A stretch of 64,000 nucleotides of DNA, from contig OZ024743.1 in assembly GCA_964016885.1 (NCBI GenBank), positions 140,926,001-140,990,000 of the forward strand, given 5' to 3'. This document shows positions 1 to 10,700 of this stretch, one piece after another (within the stretch, counting starts at the first letter, position 1; every line of letters starts with the position of its first letter). The position numbers and the translations under genes are program-made. The notes under the pieces were generated by a model, which worked only from the letters and a program-made list of their open reading frames with translations, did no database searches and was not told where the DNA came from. The DNA comes from Eledone cirrhosa (lineage: Eukaryota).

Positions 1-3000
1 GTTAGGTGTTTGGTGCTTGGTGCTTGGTGTTTGGTGTTTGGTGCTTGGTGTTTGGTGTTTGGTGCTTGGTATTTGGTGCTTTTTGCTTGGTGCTTGGTGC
101 TTGGTGTTTGGTGCTTGGTTCTTGGTGTTTGGTGCTGGGTGCTTGGTGTTTGGTGTTTGGTGTTATATGCTTGGTGTTTGATGCTTGGTGCTTGGTGCTT
201 GGTGTTTGGTGTTTGGTGCTTGGTGTTTGGTGCTTGGTGCTTGGTGTTTGGTGCTTGGTGCTTGGTGCTTGGTGTTTGGTGCTTGGTGCTTGGTGTTAGG
301 TGTTTGGTGCTTGGTGCTTGGTGTTTGGTGTTTGGTGCTTGGTGTTTGGTGTTTGGTGTTTGGTGTTTGGTGCTTGGTACTTGGTGCTTGGTGCTTGGTG
401 TTAGGTGTTTGGTGCTTGGTGTTTGGTGTCTGGTTTTTGGTGCTTGGTGCTTGGTGTTTGGTGCTTGCTGCTGGCTGCTTGGTGTTTGGTGCTTGGTGAT
501 TGGTGCTTGGTGTTTGGTGCTTGGTGTTTGGTGTTTGGTGCTAGGTGCTTGGTGTTTGGTGCTTGGTGCTTGGTGTTTGTACTTGGTGCTTGGTTCTTGG
601 TGTTTGGTGCTTGGTGCTTGGTGTTTGGTGCTTGGTGCTTGGTGTTTGGTGCTTGGTGTTTGGTGCTTGGTGTTTGGTGCTTGGTGCTTGGTGCTTGGTG
701 TTTGGTGCTTGGTGTTTGGTGCTTGGTGTTAGGTGTTTGGTGCTTGGTGCTTGGTGTTAGGTGTTTGGTGCTTGGTGTTTGGTGCTTGGTGTTTGGTGCT
801 TGGTGCTTGGTGCTTGGTGCTTGGTGTTTGGTGGTTGGTGTTTGGTGCTTGGTGCTTTTTGCTTGGTGCTTGGTGCTTGGTGTTTGGTGCTTGGTGCTTG
901 GTGTTTGGTGCTGGGTGCTTGGTGTTTGGTGTTTGGTGTTATATGCTTGGTGTTTGATGCTTGGTGCTTGGTGCTTGGTGTTTGGTGTTTGGTGCTTGGT
1001 GTTTGGTGCTTTTTGCTTGGTGCTTGGTGCTTGGTGTTTGGTGCTTGGTGCTTGGTGTTTGGTGCTGGGTGCTTGGTGTTTGGTGTTTGGTGTTATATGC
1101 TTGGTGTTTGATGCTTGGTGCTTGGTGCTTGGTGTTTGGTGTTTGGTGCTTGGTGTTTGATGCTTGGTGCTTGGTGCTTGGTGTTTGGTGCTTGGTGCTT
1201 GGTGTTTGGTGCTTGGTGCTTGGTGTTTGGTGCTTGGTGTTTGGTGCTTGGTGTTTGGTGCTTGGTGCTTGGTGCTTGGTGCTTGGTGTTTGGTGGTTGG
1301 TGCTTGGTGCTTGGTGTTAGGTGTTTGGTGCTTGGTGCTTGGTGTTTGGTGTTTGGTGCTTGGTGTTTGGTGTTTGGTGCTTGGTGTTTGGTGCTTGGTA
1401 CTTGGTGCTTGGTGCTTGGTGTTAGGTGTTTGGTGCTTGGTGTTTGGTGTCTGGTTTTTGGTGCTTGGTGCTTGGTGCTTAGTGTTTGGTGCTTGGTGCT
1501 TAGTGTTTGGTGCTTGGTGCTTGGTGCTTGGTCCTTGGTGCTTGGTGTTTGGTGGTTGGTGTTTGGTGGTTGGTGTTAGGTGTTTGGTGCTTGGTGCTTG
1601 GTGTTTGGTGTTTGGTGCTTGGTGTTTGGTGTTTGGTGCTTGGTGTTTGGTGCTTGGTACTTGGTGCTTGGTGCTTGGTGTTAGGTGTTTGGTGCTTGGT
1701 GTTTGGTGCTTGGTGTTTGGTGCTTGGTGCTTGGTGCTTGGTGCTTGGTGTTTGGTGGTTGGTGTTTGGTGCTTGGTGTTTGGTGCTTGGTGTTACGTGT
1801 TTGGTGCTTGGTGCTTGGTGTTTGGTGTTTGGTGCTTGGTGTTAGGTGTTTGGTGCTTGGTGTTTGGTGCTTTTTGCTTGGTGCTTGGTGCTTGGTGTTT
1901 GGTGCTGGGTGCTTGGTGCTTGGTGTTTGGTGTTATATGCTTGGTGTTTGATGCTTGGTGCTTGGTGCTTGGTGTTTGGTGTTTGGTGCTTGGTGTTTGA
2001 GGCTTGGTGCTTGGTGCTTGGTGTCTGGTGCTTGGTGCTTGGTGTTTGGTGCTTGGTGCTTGGTGTTTGGTGCTTGGTGTTTGGTGCTTGGTGTTAGGTG
2101 TTTGGTGCTTGGTGCTTGGTGTTTGGTGTTTGGTGCTTGGTGTTTGGTGTTTGGTGCTTGGTGTTTGGTGCTTGGTACTTGGTGCTTGGTGCTTGGTGTT
2201 AGGTGTTTGGTGCTTGGTGTTTGGTGCTTGGTGTTTGGTGGTTGGTGTTTGGTGCTTGGTGTTAGGTGTTTGGTGCTTGGTGCTTGGTGTTTGGTGTTTG
2301 GTGCTTGGTGTTTGGTGTTTGGTGCTTGGTGTTTGGTGCTTGGTACTTGGTGCTTGGTGCGTGGTGTTAGGTGTTTGGTGCTTGGTATTTGGTGCTTGGT
2401 GTTTGGTGCTTGGTGCTTGGTGCTTGGTGTTTGGTGGTTGGTGTTTGGTGCTTGGTGTTAGGTGTTTGGTGCTTGGTGCTTGGTGTTTGGTGTTTGGTGC
2501 TTGGTGTTTGGTGTTTGGTGCTTGGTATTTGGTGCTTTTTGCTTGGTGCTTGGTGCTTGGTGTTTGGTGCTTGGTTCTTGGTGTTTGGTGCTGGGTGCTT
2601 GGTGTTTGGTGTTTGGTGTTATATGCTTGGTGTTTGATGCTTGGTGCTTGGTGCTTGGTGTTTGGTGTTTGGTGCTTGGTGTTTGGTGCTTGGTGCTTGG
2701 TGTTTGGTGCTTGGTGCTTGGTGCTTGGTGTTTGGTGCTTGGTGCTTGGTGTTAGGTGTTTGGTGCTTGGTGCTTGGTGTTTGGTGTTTGGTGCTTGGTG
2801 TTTGGTGTTTGGTGTTTGGTGTTTGGTGCTTGGTACTTGGTGCTTGGTGCTTGGTGTTAGGTGTTTGGTGCTTGGTGTTTGGTGTCTGGTTTTTGGTGCT
2901 TGGTGCTTGGTGTTTGGTGCTTGCTGCTGGCTGCTTGGTGTTTGGTGCTTGGTGATTGGTGCTTGGTGTTTGGTGCTTGGTGTTTGGTGTTTGGTGCTAG

Positions 3001-3310
3001 GTGCTTGGTGTTTGGGGCTTGGTGCTTGGTGTTTGTACTTGGTGCTTGGTTCTTGGTGTTTGGTGCTTGGTGCTTGGTGTTTGGTGCTTGGTGCTTGGTG
3101 TTTGGTGCTTGGTGTTTGGTGCTTGGTGTTTGGTGCTTGGTGCTTTGTGCTTGGTGTTTGGTGCTTGGTGTTTGGTGCTTGGTGTTAGGTGTTTGGTGCT
3201 TGGTGCTTGGTGTTAGGTGTTTGGTGCTTGGTGTTTGGTGCTTGGTGTTTGGTGCTTGGTGCTTGGTGCTTGGTGCTTGGTGTTTGGTGGTTGGTGTTTG
3301 GTGCTTGGTG
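1..3310 (+). repeat. Higher-order repeat: 1-~854 recurs at 2457-~3310 (offset 2456 = 350x7 + 6)
   Basis: Paired ORFs 6..299/2462..2755 and 185..499/2641..2955 are identical. The single 6-bp TTGTAC at 577 accounts for the offset not being a multiple of 7. Confidence 0.9.
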
Positions 3311-6300
3311 TTAGGTGTTTGGTGCTTGGTGCTTGGTGTTTGGTGTTTGGTGCTTGGTGTTTGGTGTTTGGTGCTTGGTGTTTGGTGCTTTTTGCTTGGT
3401 GCTTGGTGCTTGGTGTTTGGTGCTTGGTGCTTGGTGTTTGGTGCTGGGTGCTTGGTGTTTGGTGTTTGGTGTTATATGCTTGGTGTTTGATGCTTGGTGC
3501 TAGGTGCTTGGTGTTTGGTGCTTGGTGTTTGGTGCTTGGTGTTTGGTGCTTGGTGTTTGGTGCTTGGTGCTTGGTGCTTGGTGCTTGGTGTTTGGTGGTT
3601 GGTGCTTGGTGCTTGGTGTTAGGTGTTTGGTGCTTGGTGCTTGGTGTTTGGTGTTTGGTGCTTGGTGTTTGGTGTTTGGTGCTTGGTGTTTGGTGCTTGG
3701 TACTTGGTGCTTGGTGCTTGGTGTTAGGTGTTTGGTGCTTGGTGTTTGGTGTCTGGTTTTTGGTGCTTGGTGCTTGGTGCTTAGTGTTTGGTGCTTGGTG
3801 CTTAGTGTTTGGTGCTTGGTGCTTGGTGCTTGGTCCTTGGTGCTTGGTGTTTGGTGGTTGGTGTTTGGTGGTTGGTGTTAGGTGTTTGGTGCTTGGTGCT
3901 TGGTGTTTGGTGTTTGGTGCTTGGTGTTTGGTGTTTGGTGCTTGGTGTTTGGTGCTTGGTACTTGGTGCTTGGTGCTTGGTGTTAGGTGTTTGGTGCTTG
4001 GTGTTTGGTGCTTGGTGTTTGGTGCTTGGTGCTTGGTGCTTGGTGCTTGGTGTTTGGTGGTTGGTGTTTGGTGCTTGGTGTTTGGTGCTTGGTGTTACGT
4101 GTTTGGTGCTTGGTGCTTGGTGTTTGGTGTTTGGTGCTTGGTGTTAGGTGTTTGGTGCTTGGTGTTTGGTGCTTTTTGCTTGGTGCTTGGTGCTTGGTGT
4201 TTGGTGCTGGGTGCTTGGTGCTTGGTGTTTGGTGTTATATGCTTGGTGTTTGATGCTTGGTGCTTGGTGCTTGGTGTTTGGTGTTTGGTGCTTGGTGTTT
4301 GATGCTTGGTGCTTGGTGCTTGGTGTTTGGTGCTTGGTGCTTGGTGTTTGGTGCTTGGTGCTTGGTGTTTGGTGCTTGGTGTTTGGTGCTTGGTGTTAGG
4401 TGTTTGGTGCTTGGTGCTTGGTGTTTGGTGTTTGGTGCTTGGTGTTTGGTGTTTGGTGCTTGGTGTTTGGTGCTTGGTACTTGGTGCTTGGTGCTTGGTG
4501 TTAGGTGTTTGGTGCTTGGTGTTTGGTGCTTGGTGTTTGGTGGTTGGTGTTTGGTGCTTGGTGTTAGGTGTTTGGTGCTTGGTGCTTGGTGTTTGGTGTT
4601 TGGTGCTTGGTGTTTGGTGTTTGGTGCTTGGTGTTTGGTGCTTTTTGCTTGGTGCTTGGTGCTTGGTGTTTGGTGCTTGGTTCTTGGTGTTTGGTGCTGG
4701 GTGCTTGGTGTTTGGTGTTTGGTGTTATATGCTTGGTGTTTGATGCTTGGTGCTTGGTGCTTGGTGTTTGGTGTTTGGTGCTTGGTGTTTGATGCTTGGT
4801 GCTTGGTGCTTGGTGTTTGGTGCTTGGTGCTTGGTGCTTGGTGTTTGGTGCTTGGTGTTTGGTGCTTGGTGTTTGGTGCTTGGTGCTTGGTGCTTGGTGT
4901 TTGGTGGTTGGTGCTTGGTGCTTGGTGTTAGGTGTTTGGTGCTTGGTGCTTGGTGTTTGGTGTTTGGTGCTTGGTGTTTGGTGTTTGGTGTTTGGTGTTT
5001 GGTGCTTGGTACTTGGTGCTTGGTGCTTGGTGTTAGGTGTTTGGTGCTTGGTGTTTGGTGTCTGGTTTTTGGTGTTTGGTGCTTGGTGATTGGTGCTTGG
5101 TGTTTGGTGCTTGGTGTTTGGTGTTTGGTGCTAGGTGCTTGGTGTTTGGTGCTTGGTGCTTGGTGTTTGTACTTGGTGCTTGGTGCTTGGTTCTTGGTGT
5201 TTGGTGCTTGGTGCTTGGTGTTTGGTGCTTGGTGCTTGGTGTTTGGTGCTTGGTGTTTGGTGCTTGGTGTTGGTGCTTGGTGCTTGGTGCTTGGTGTTTG
5301 GTGCTTGGTGTTAGGTGTTTGGTGCTTGGTGCTTGGTGTTAGGTGTTTGGTGCTTGGTATTTGGTGCTTGGTGTTTGGTGCTTGGTGCTTGGTGCTTGGT
5401 GTTTGGTGGTTGGTGTTTGGTGCTTGGTGTTAGGTGTTTGGTGCTTGGTGCTTGGTGTTTGGTGTTTGGTGCTTGGTGTTTGGTGTTTGGTGCTTGGTGT
5501 TTGGTGCTTTTTGCTTGGTGCTTGGTGCTTGGTGTTTGGTGCTTGGTTCTTGGTGTTTGGTGCTGGGTGCTTGGTGTTTGGTGTTTGGTGTTATATGCTT
5601 GGTGTTTGATGCTTGGTGCTTGGTGCTTGGTGTTTGGTGTTTGGTGCTTGGTGTTTGGTGCTTGGTGCTTGGTGTTAGGTGTTTGGTGCTTGGTGCTTGG
5701 TGTTTGGTGTTTGGTGCTTGGTGTTTGGTGTTTGGTGTTTGGTGTTTGGTGCTTGGTACTTGGTGCTTGGTGCTTGGTGTTAGGTGTTTGGTGCTTGGTG
5801 TTTGGTGTCTGGTTTTTGGTGCTTGGTGCTTGGTGTTTGGTGCTTGCTGCTGGCTGCTTGGTGTTTGGTGCTTGGTGATTGGTGCTTGGTGTTTGGTGCT
5901 TGGTGTTTGGTGTTTGGTGCTAGGTGCTTGGTGTTTGGTGCTTGGTGCTTGGTGTTTGTACTTGGTGCTTGGTTCTTGGTGTTTGGTGCTTGGTGCTTGG
6001 TGTTTGGTGCTTGGTGCTTGGTGTTTGGTGCTTGGTGTTTGGTGCTTGGTGTTTGGTGCTTGGTGCTTGGTGCTTGGTGTTTGGTGCTTGGTGTTTGGTG
6101 CTTGGTGTTAGGTGTTTGGTGCTTGGTGCTTGGTGTTAGGTGTTTGGTGCTTGGTGTTTGGTGCTTGGTGTTTGGTGCTTGGTGCTTGGTGCTTGGTGCT
6201 TGGTGTTTGGTGGTTGGTGTTTGGTGCTTGTTGTTAGGTGTTTGGTGCTTGGTGCTTGGTGTTTGGTGTTTGGTGCTTGGTGTTTGGTGTTTGGTGCTTG

Positions 6301-7779
6301 GTGTTTGGTGCTTTTTGCTTGGTGCTTGGTGCTTGGTGTTTGGTGCTTGGTGCTTGGTGTTTGGTGCTGGGTGCTTGGTGTTTGGTGTTTGGTGTTATAT
6401 GCTTGGTGTTTGATGCTTGGTGCTTGGTGCTTGGTGTTTGGTGTTTGGTGCTTGGTGTTTGATGCTTGGTGCTTGGTGCTTGGTGTTTGGTGCTTGGTGC
6501 TTGGTGTTTGGTGCTTGGTGCTTGGTGTTTGGTGCTTGGTGTTTGGTGCTTGGTGTTTGGTGCTTGGTGCTTGGTGCTTGGTGCTTGGTGTTTGGTGGTT
6601 GGTGCTTGGTGCTTGGTGTTAGGTGTTTGGTGCTTGGTGCTTGGTGTTTGGTGTTTGGTGCTTGGTGTTTGGTGTTTGGTGCTTGGTGTTTGGTGCTTGG
6701 TACTTGGTGCTTGGTGCTTGGTGTTAGGTGTTTGGTGCTTGGTGTTTGGTGTCTGGTTTTTGGTGCTTGGTGCTTGGTGCTTAGTGTTTGGTGCTTGGTG
6801 CTTAGTGTTTGGTGCTAGGTGCTTGGTGTTTGGTGCTTGGTGCTTGGTGTTTGGTGCCTGGTGCTTGGTGTTTGGTGTTTGGTGTTTGGTGCTTGGTGCT
6901 TGGTGTTTGGTGTTTGCTGTTTGCTGTTTGTTGTTTGGTGTTTGCTGTTTGGTGTTTGGTGTTTGCTTTTTGGTGCTTGGTGTTTGATGCTTGGTGCTTG
7001 GTGCTTGGTGTTTGGTGCTTGGTGCTTGGTGTTTGGTGTTTGGTGCTTGGTGCTTGGTGTTTGGTGCTTGCTGCTGGCTGCTTGGTGTTTGGTGCTTGGT
7101 GATTGGTGCTTGGTGTTTGGTGCTTGGTGTTTGGTGTTTGGTGCTAGGTGCTTGGTGTTTGGTGCTTGGTGCTTGGTGTTTGTACTTGGTGCTTGGTGCT
7201 TGGTTCTTGGTGTTTGGTGCTTGGTGCTTGGTGTTTGGTGCTTGGTGTTTGGTGCTTGGTGTTTGGTGTTTGGTGCTTGGTGCTTGGTGTTTGGTGCTTG
7301 GTGTTTGGTGCTTGGTGTTAGGTGTTTGGTGCTTGGTGCTTGGTGTTTGGTGTTTGGTGCTTGGCGTTTGGTGTTTGGTGTTATATGCTTGGTGTTTGAT
7401 GCTTGGTGCTTGGTGCTTGGTGTTTGGTGCTTGGTGTTTGATGCTTGGTGCTTGGTGCTTGGTGTTTTGTGCTTGGTGCTTGGTGTTTGTACTTGGTGCT
7501 TGGTGCTTGGTTCTTGGTGTTTGGTGCTTGGTGCTTGGTGTTTGGTGTTTGGTGCTTGGTGTTTGGTGCTTGGTGTTTGGTGCTTGGTGCTTGGTGCTTA
7601 GTGCTTGGTGTTTGGTGCTTGGTGTTAGGTGTTTAGTGCTTGGTGCTTGGTGTTTGGTGTTTGGTGCTTGGTGTTTGGTGCTTGGTGTTTGGTGTTAGGT
7701 GTTTGGTGCTTGGTGTTTGGTGTTTGGTGCTTGGTGTTTGGTGCTTGGTGTTTGGTGCTTGGTGTTTGGTGCTTGGTAC
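556..7779 (+). repeat. 7224-bp tandem duplication, copy 1
   Basis: TTGTAC-TTGGTGC-TTGGTTC occurs at 577 and 7801. ORFs from 733..957 to 7445..7636 each have a counterpart at +7224 (7957..8181 to 14669..14860). Confidence 0.95.
849..1156 (+). repeat. 154-bp (22-monomer) tandem duplication, repeated at 8073-8380
   Basis: TTTTTGC at 856 and 1010; TATATGC at 940 and 1094. TGGGTGC and TTGATGC are also 154 bp apart. Confidence 0.92.
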
Positions 7780-10700
7780 TTGGTGCTTGGTGCTTGGTGT
7801 TTGTACTTGGTGCTTGGTTCTTGGTGTTTGGTGCTTGGTGCTTGGTGTTTGGTGCTTGGTGCTTGGTGTTTGGTGCTTGGTGTTTGGTGCTTGGTGTTTG
7901 GTGCTTGGTGCTTGGTGCTTGGTGTTTGGTGCTTGGTGTTTGGTGCTTGGTGTTAGGTGTTTGGTGCTTGGTGCTTGGTGTTAGGTGTTTGGTGCTTGGT
8001 GTTTGGTGCTTGGTGTTTGGTGCTTGGTGCTTGGTGCTTGGTGCTTGGTGTTTGGTGGTTGGTGTTTGGTGCTTGGTGCTTTTTGCTTGGTGCTTGGTGC
8101 TTGGTGTTTGGTGCTTGGTGCTTGGTGTTTGGTGCTGGGTGCTTGGTGTTTGGTGTTTGGTGTTATATGCTTGGTGTTTGATGCTTGGTGCTTGGTGCTT
8201 GGTGTTTGGTGTTTGGTGCTTGGTGTTTGGTGCTTTTTGCTTGGTGCTTGGTGCTTGGTGTTTGGTGCTTGGTGCTTGGTGTTTGGTGCTGGGTGCTTGG
8301 TGTTTGGTGTTTGGTGTTATATGCTTGGTGTTTGATGCTTGGTGCTTGGTGCTTGGTGTTTGGTGTTTGGTGCTTGGTGTTTGATGCTTGGTGCTTGGTG
8401 CTTGGTGTTTGGTGCTTGGTGCTTGGTGTTTGGTGCTTGGTGCTTGGTGTTTGGTGCTTGGTGTTTGGTGCTTGGTGTTTGGTGCTTGGTGCTTGGTGCT
8501 TGGTGCTTGGTGTTTGGTGGTTGGTGCTTGGTGCTTGGTGTTAGGTGTTTGGTGCTTGGTGCTTGGTGTTTGGTGTTTGGTGCTTGGTGTTTGGTGTTTG
8601 GTGCTTGGTGTTTGGTGCTTGGTACTTGGTGCTTGGTGCTTGGTGTTAGGTGTTTGGTGCTTGGTGTTTGGTGTCTGGTTTTTGGTGCTTGGTGCTTGGT
8701 GCTTAGTGTTTGGTGCTTGGTGCTTAGTGTTTGGTGCTTGGTGCTTGGTGCTTGGTCCTTGGTGCTTGGTGTTTGGTGGTTGGTGTTTGGTGGTTGGTGT
8801 TAGGTGTTTGGTGCTTGGTGCTTGGTGTTTGGTGTTTGGTGCTTGGTGTTTGGTGTTTGGTGCTTGGTGTTTGGTGCTTGGTACTTGGTGCTTGGTGCTT
8901 GGTGTTAGGTGTTTGGTGCTTGGTGTTTGGTGCTTGGTGTTTGGTGCTTGGTGCTTGGTGCTTGGTGCTTGGTGTTTGGTGGTTGGTGTTTGGTGCTTGG
9001 TGTTTGGTGCTTGGTGTTACGTGTTTGGTGCTTGGTGCTTGGTGTTTGGTGTTTGGTGCTTGGTGTTAGGTGTTTGGTGCTTGGTGTTTGGTGCTTTTTG
9101 CTTGGTGCTTGGTGCTTGGTGTTTGGTGCTGGGTGCTTGGTGCTTGGTGTTTGGTGTTATATGCTTGGTGTTTGATGCTTGGTGCTTGGTGCTTGGTGTT
9201 TGGTGTTTGGTGCTTGGTGTTTGAGGCTTGGTGCTTGGTGCTTGGTGTCTGGTGCTTGGTGCTTGGTGTTTGGTGCTTGGTGCTTGGTGTTTGGTGCTTG
9301 GTGTTTGGTGCTTGGTGTTAGGTGTTTGGTGCTTGGTGCTTGGTGTTTGGTGTTTGGTGCTTGGTGTTTGGTGTTTGGTGCTTGGTGTTTGGTGCTTGGT
9401 ACTTGGTGCTTGGTGCTTGGTGTTAGGTGTTTGGTGCTTGGTGTTTGGTGCTTGGTGTTTGGTGGTTGGTGTTTGGTGCTTGGTGTTAGGTGTTTGGTGC
9501 TTGGTGCTTGGTGTTTGGTGTTTGGTGCTTGGTGTTTGGTGTTTGGTGCTTGGTGTTTGGTGCTTGGTACTTGGTGCTTGGTGCGTGGTGTTAGGTGTTT
9601 GGTGCTTGGTATTTGGTGCTTGGTGTTTGGTGCTTGGTGCTTGGTGCTTGGTGTTTGGTGGTTGGTGTTTGGTGCTTGGTGTTAGGTGTTTGGTGCTTGG
9701 TGCTTGGTGTTTGGTGTTTGGTGCTTGGTGTTTGGTGTTTGGTGCTTGGTATTTGGTGCTTTTTGCTTGGTGCTTGGTGCTTGGTGTTTGGTGCTTGGTT
9801 CTTGGTGTTTGGTGCTGGGTGCTTGGTGTTTGGTGTTTGGTGTTATATGCTTGGTGTTTGATGCTTGGTGCTTGGTGCTTGGTGTTTGGTGTTTGGTGCT
9901 TGGTGTTTGGTGCTTGGTGCTTGGTGTTTGGTGCTTGGTGCTTGGTGCTTGGTGTTTGGTGCTTGGTGCTTGGTGTTAGGTGTTTGGTGCTTGGTGCTTG
10001 GTGTTTGGTGTTTGGTGCTTGGTGTTTGGTGTTTGGTGTTTGGTGTTTGGTGCTTGGTACTTGGTGCTTGGTGCTTGGTGTTAGGTGTTTGGTGCTTGGT
10101 GTTTGGTGTCTGGTTTTTGGTGCTTGGTGCTTGGTGTTTGGTGCTTGCTGCTGGCTGCTTGGTGTTTGGTGCTTGGTGATTGGTGCTTGGTGTTTGGTGC
10201 TTGGTGTTTGGTGTTTGGTGCTAGGTGCTTGGTGTTTGGGGCTTGGTGCTTGGTGTTTGTACTTGGTGCTTGGTTCTTGGTGTTTGGTGCTTGGTGCTTG
10301 GTGTTTGGTGCTTGGTGCTTGGTGTTTGGTGCTTGGTGTTTGGTGCTTGGTGTTTGGTGCTTGGTGCTTTGTGCTTGGTGTTTGGTGCTTGGTGTTTGGT
10401 GCTTGGTGTTAGGTGTTTGGTGCTTGGTGCTTGGTGTTAGGTGTTTGGTGCTTGGTGTTTGGTGCTTGGTGTTTGGTGCTTGGTGCTTGGTGCTTGGTGC
10501 TTGGTGTTTGGTGGTTGGTGTTTGGTGCTTGGTGTTAGGTGTTTGGTGCTTGGTGCTTGGTGTTTGGTGTTTGGTGCTTGGTGTTTGGTGTTTGGTGCTT
10601 GGTGTTTGGTGCTTTTTGCTTGGTGCTTGGTGCTTGGTGTTTGGTGCTTGGTGCTTGGTGTTTGGTGCTGGGTGCTTGGTGTTTGGTGTTTGGTGTTATA

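Noticed and set aside
164-170. TATA-like promoter elements (TTATAT)
   Set aside because: These are a recurrent variant monomer inside the satellite with no downstream gene or other promoter context.
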